In this document: piece after piece, positions 27,063 to 28,948 of the stretch
Layout: each line of letters opens with the position of its first letter
How positions within the stretch are numbered: the stretch's first letter is position 1
NCBI GenBank assembly: GCA_964000875.1
Contig: CAXFCF010000001.1
Location: forward strand, 1-28,948
DNA: 28,948 nucleotides
From: an uncultured Candidatus Poseidoniales archaeon
GTDB taxonomy: Archaea; Thermoplasmatota; Poseidoniia; Poseidoniales; Thalassarchaeaceae
Direction of reading: 5' to 3'
Notes under the pieces: model-generated
The model's input: only the letters and a program-made list of their open reading frames with translations
Told to the model about the DNA's origin: nothing
Database searches by the model: none
Translations under genes and position numbers: made by a program

Positions 27063-28223
27063 ATGGGACCGACAGAAGTAGTAGAGCAGTACCAACCCAA
27101 CTTCGAAGCATGGATTGACGAGTTCAATGAGTGGCAGACTCGAATAGGGTTCGATCCGGCTTGGCTGGGTGACTACAGATTCGAGATTAAGTTCGATTGG
27201 GACACCGCAGGCGACACCATCGAGTTCGGTGATTTTGAGGGCATGCCGAAGTGGGAGCGCAGGATGCAGGTACCACAGCAAACCGTTCGTGATGCAATCA
27301 TCAGCATGGTCAGTGTCCAAGGCGATACCGAGTTTGCATCGGTGGAGCAGCAGTGGCACCTTCTCGATACCGCACCTACCGAGTATGACCGTAAGTCAGC
27401 GATGCGAATCATGTGCGAGGAACAGCGTCATGGTTGGCAGATGGCTTACATTCTCTGCAACTATTTTGGTGAGCAAGGAATTCGCGAAGCACAGAAGTTG
27501 CTAGAGCGTAATTCGTCAGCTAACCCAATACGAGGAGAAGAGGATAGACCCCGTCTTCTTGGTTCGTTCAATGAGCCAATCGACCACTGGCTGGACTTCT
27601 TCATGTTCACTCACTTCATCGACAGAGATGGTAAGTTCCAACTCAAGATGTTGAGCACCTCTTCGTTCAAGCCGCTAGCTGCTAGTATGGGGCCGATGCT
27701 CAAGGAGGAGTCGTTCCATCTTGGTACTGGTGCTAACGGAATCAGGAGAATTGTGAATCAAGGAGTAATTCCTTGTGCACTAATTCAGAAGTATGTCAAC
27801 AAGTGGGTTAGCACAGGTCTTGATCTGTTTGGAGTTGACGAGTCGACTAGTGCTCAGTGGGCATATGTCTACGGAATTAAGGGACGATATGACGAGCGTG
27901 AGAACGATGAACCAGCTGATCGTGAGCACCTCAACGAGGCTAGTAGAATGCTTTACTTCGACGAGTTGAATCTTGAGATGAATAGAATCAACGCCCGACG
28001 CAAGGAAGGCGAACCTGCCTTGTTTATTCCATCAGATAAGTTCAACCGCAGTGTAGGTAAGTTCGAAGGTCACAGGTTCGATCTCCAAGGAGAGCCCTTT
28101 GAGGGATCTGATGAGGATTGGGAACAATACCTAGACAGTAACTTGCCCAACGACGATGACGAGGCCGCCCTTCAAGAGTACTTCAAGGAAGAGTGGATCC
28201 AGTACCGTGAGTGGAAGGATTGA
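27063..28223 (+). CDS. BoxB/PaaA-like di-iron aryl-CoA epoxidase component
   Basis: QGDTEFASVEQ, EEQRHGWQM, FTHFIDRDGKFQL and EESFH: two ExxH di-iron helices in a BoxB-like context. GGAGG SD upstream. Confidence 0.85.
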   Translation: MGPTEVVEQYQPNFEAWIDEFNEWQTRIGFDPAWLGDYRFEIKFDWDTAGDTIEFGDFEGMPKWERRMQVPQQTVRDAIISMVSVQGDTEFASVEQQWHLLDTAPTEYDRKSAMRIMCEEQRHGWQMAYILCNYFGEQGIREAQKLLERNSSANPIRGEEDRPRLLGSFNEPIDHWLDFFMFTHFIDRDGKFQLKMLSTSSFKPLAASMGPMLKEESFHLGTGANGIRRIVNQGVIPCALIQKYVNKWVSTGLDLFGVDESTSAQWAYVYGIKGRYDERENDEPADREHLNEASRMLYFDELNLEMNRINARRKEGEPALFIPSDKFNRSVGKFEGHRFDLQGEPFEGSDEDWEQYLDSNLPNDDDEAALQEYFKEEWIQYREWKD

Positions 28224-28242
28224 ATTCGCGGGGGTTGTAACC

Positions 28243-28806
28243 ATGCAGGCACACGCGATGCTTTCCATCGACAGAGAAAATCTCAAGCCGTTCTTTGAGA
28301 GGGTTCCCGAACTTTTTGAGATGCATCACCTTCAGGAATCACAGAATCCGAAGGGATACGAGGAACTACTCTACAGAGTATACAGGCCATACACCAGTGG
28401 CATGCTCGATATGATTGACGAATGGATGGGACATGATCACCGTAGTTGGCATAGTGATGTCGAGCGAGAGGTGATGTTGATGCTCTACGCAATTCGATAT
28501 CCAGATACCTTGTTGTTGGAGAGTCTTACAGATGAAGCGGACTTGGATGTTAAGAGAATCTCAGGGTATCTACACTTCATGAAGCACACTTACACCATAT
28601 GGGACGAAGACACTCTCAAGGGTCTTGCCAAGTTAGGAATAATGATTCCTTCTACCGAGAAGGCTGATCCATTAATCTACGGTGCATATGTATCGGCAAT
28701 TGAGTTGCTCAAGGATCTTGCTCCGTTCTACTCATTCATGGAGCATGATGTTCCGCGACAGCGTCTCTTCCAGGCTGCTCTGTCTGCTTATGGTCGGGAG
28801 GAGTGA
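28243..28806 (+). CDS. Hypothetical all-helical protein (187 aa)
   Basis: ATG 28243 lies 19 nt after the boxB-like stop; the ORF-track start overlaps boxB. Ends in GAGGAG-TGA, serving as SD for the next gene. Confidence 0.7.
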   Translation: MQAHAMLSIDRENLKPFFERVPELFEMHHLQESQNPKGYEELLYRVYRPYTSGMLDMIDEWMGHDHRSWHSDVEREVMLMLYAIRYPDTLLLESLTDEADLDVKRISGYLHFMKHTYTIWDEDTLKGLAKLGIMIPSTEKADPLIYGAYVSAIELLKDLAPFYSFMEHDVPRQRLFQAALSAYGREE

Positions 28807-28808
28807 CA

Positions 28809-28948
28809 ATGAGACTCACCGTCGCCGTCATCGGTGCCGGTACGATGGGCGCAGGAATTGCACAGGTTTGCGCTCAAACAGGTTGGCAAACCAACCTATT
28901 CGACGCTTATCCAGAAGGATTGGAACGTGGCATGAATGCAATTAACGA
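28809..28948 (+). CDS. 3-hydroxyacyl-CoA dehydrogenase, N-terminal fragment (runs off the window; absent from the ORF track)
   Basis: Manual translation MRLTVAVIGAGTMGAGIAQVCAQTGWQTNLFDAYPEGLERGMNAIN shows the Rossmann GAGTMGAGIAQ signature. GAGGAG SD at 28798-28803. Confidence 0.88.
   Translation, partial: MRLTVAVIGAGTMGAGIAQVCAQTGWQTNLFDAYPEGLERGMNAIN

Noticed and set aside
1-28948. CRISPR arrays, rRNA, IS elements, defence systems
   Set aside because: No regularly spaced repeats, rRNA-like stretches, transposases or defence-gene motifs were seen. The remaining short ORFs in the track overlap supported genes and were treated as shadows.

Overview
Archaeal chromosomal segment, inferred to be Marine Group II Euryarchaeota (Ca. 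Poseidoniales) or a close Thermoplasmatota relative. The inference rests on Hjc, an Lhr-type helicase, a TrmB regulator, a Ser/His-type S26 signal peptidase, a giant CARDB-containing membrane-anchored protein with an acidic tail, and BRE/TATA-type promoters. Left part (1-15.9 kb): folC, dCMP deaminase, P-loop kinase, Lhr helicase, a ~1690-aa surface protein, a membrane protein, signal peptidase I, site-2 protease, a small coiled-coil ORF, Hjc, an RNase H-fold protein and tRNA-Gly(CCC). Middle (15.9-26.0 kb): a light/oxidative-stress and carotenoid cluster with an ABA4/DUF4281 protein, a conserved hypothetical, crtI, an ABC1/UbiB kinase, a TrmB regulator with a V4R-like C-terminus, an atypical peroxiredoxin, a class II photolyase, an SRPBCC-TIGR01777 fusion and crtB. 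crtI and the photolyase share a 16/17-identical promoter placed exactly 24 nt before each ATG. Right (26.1-28.9 kb): a crotonase, a BoxB-like di-iron aryl-CoA epoxidase, a hypothetical and a truncated 3-hydroxyacyl-CoA dehydrogenase, preceded by a hairpin-rich leader. No CRISPR, integrase or IS element was seen. All family assignments come from motif recognition by eye; no database searches were run.
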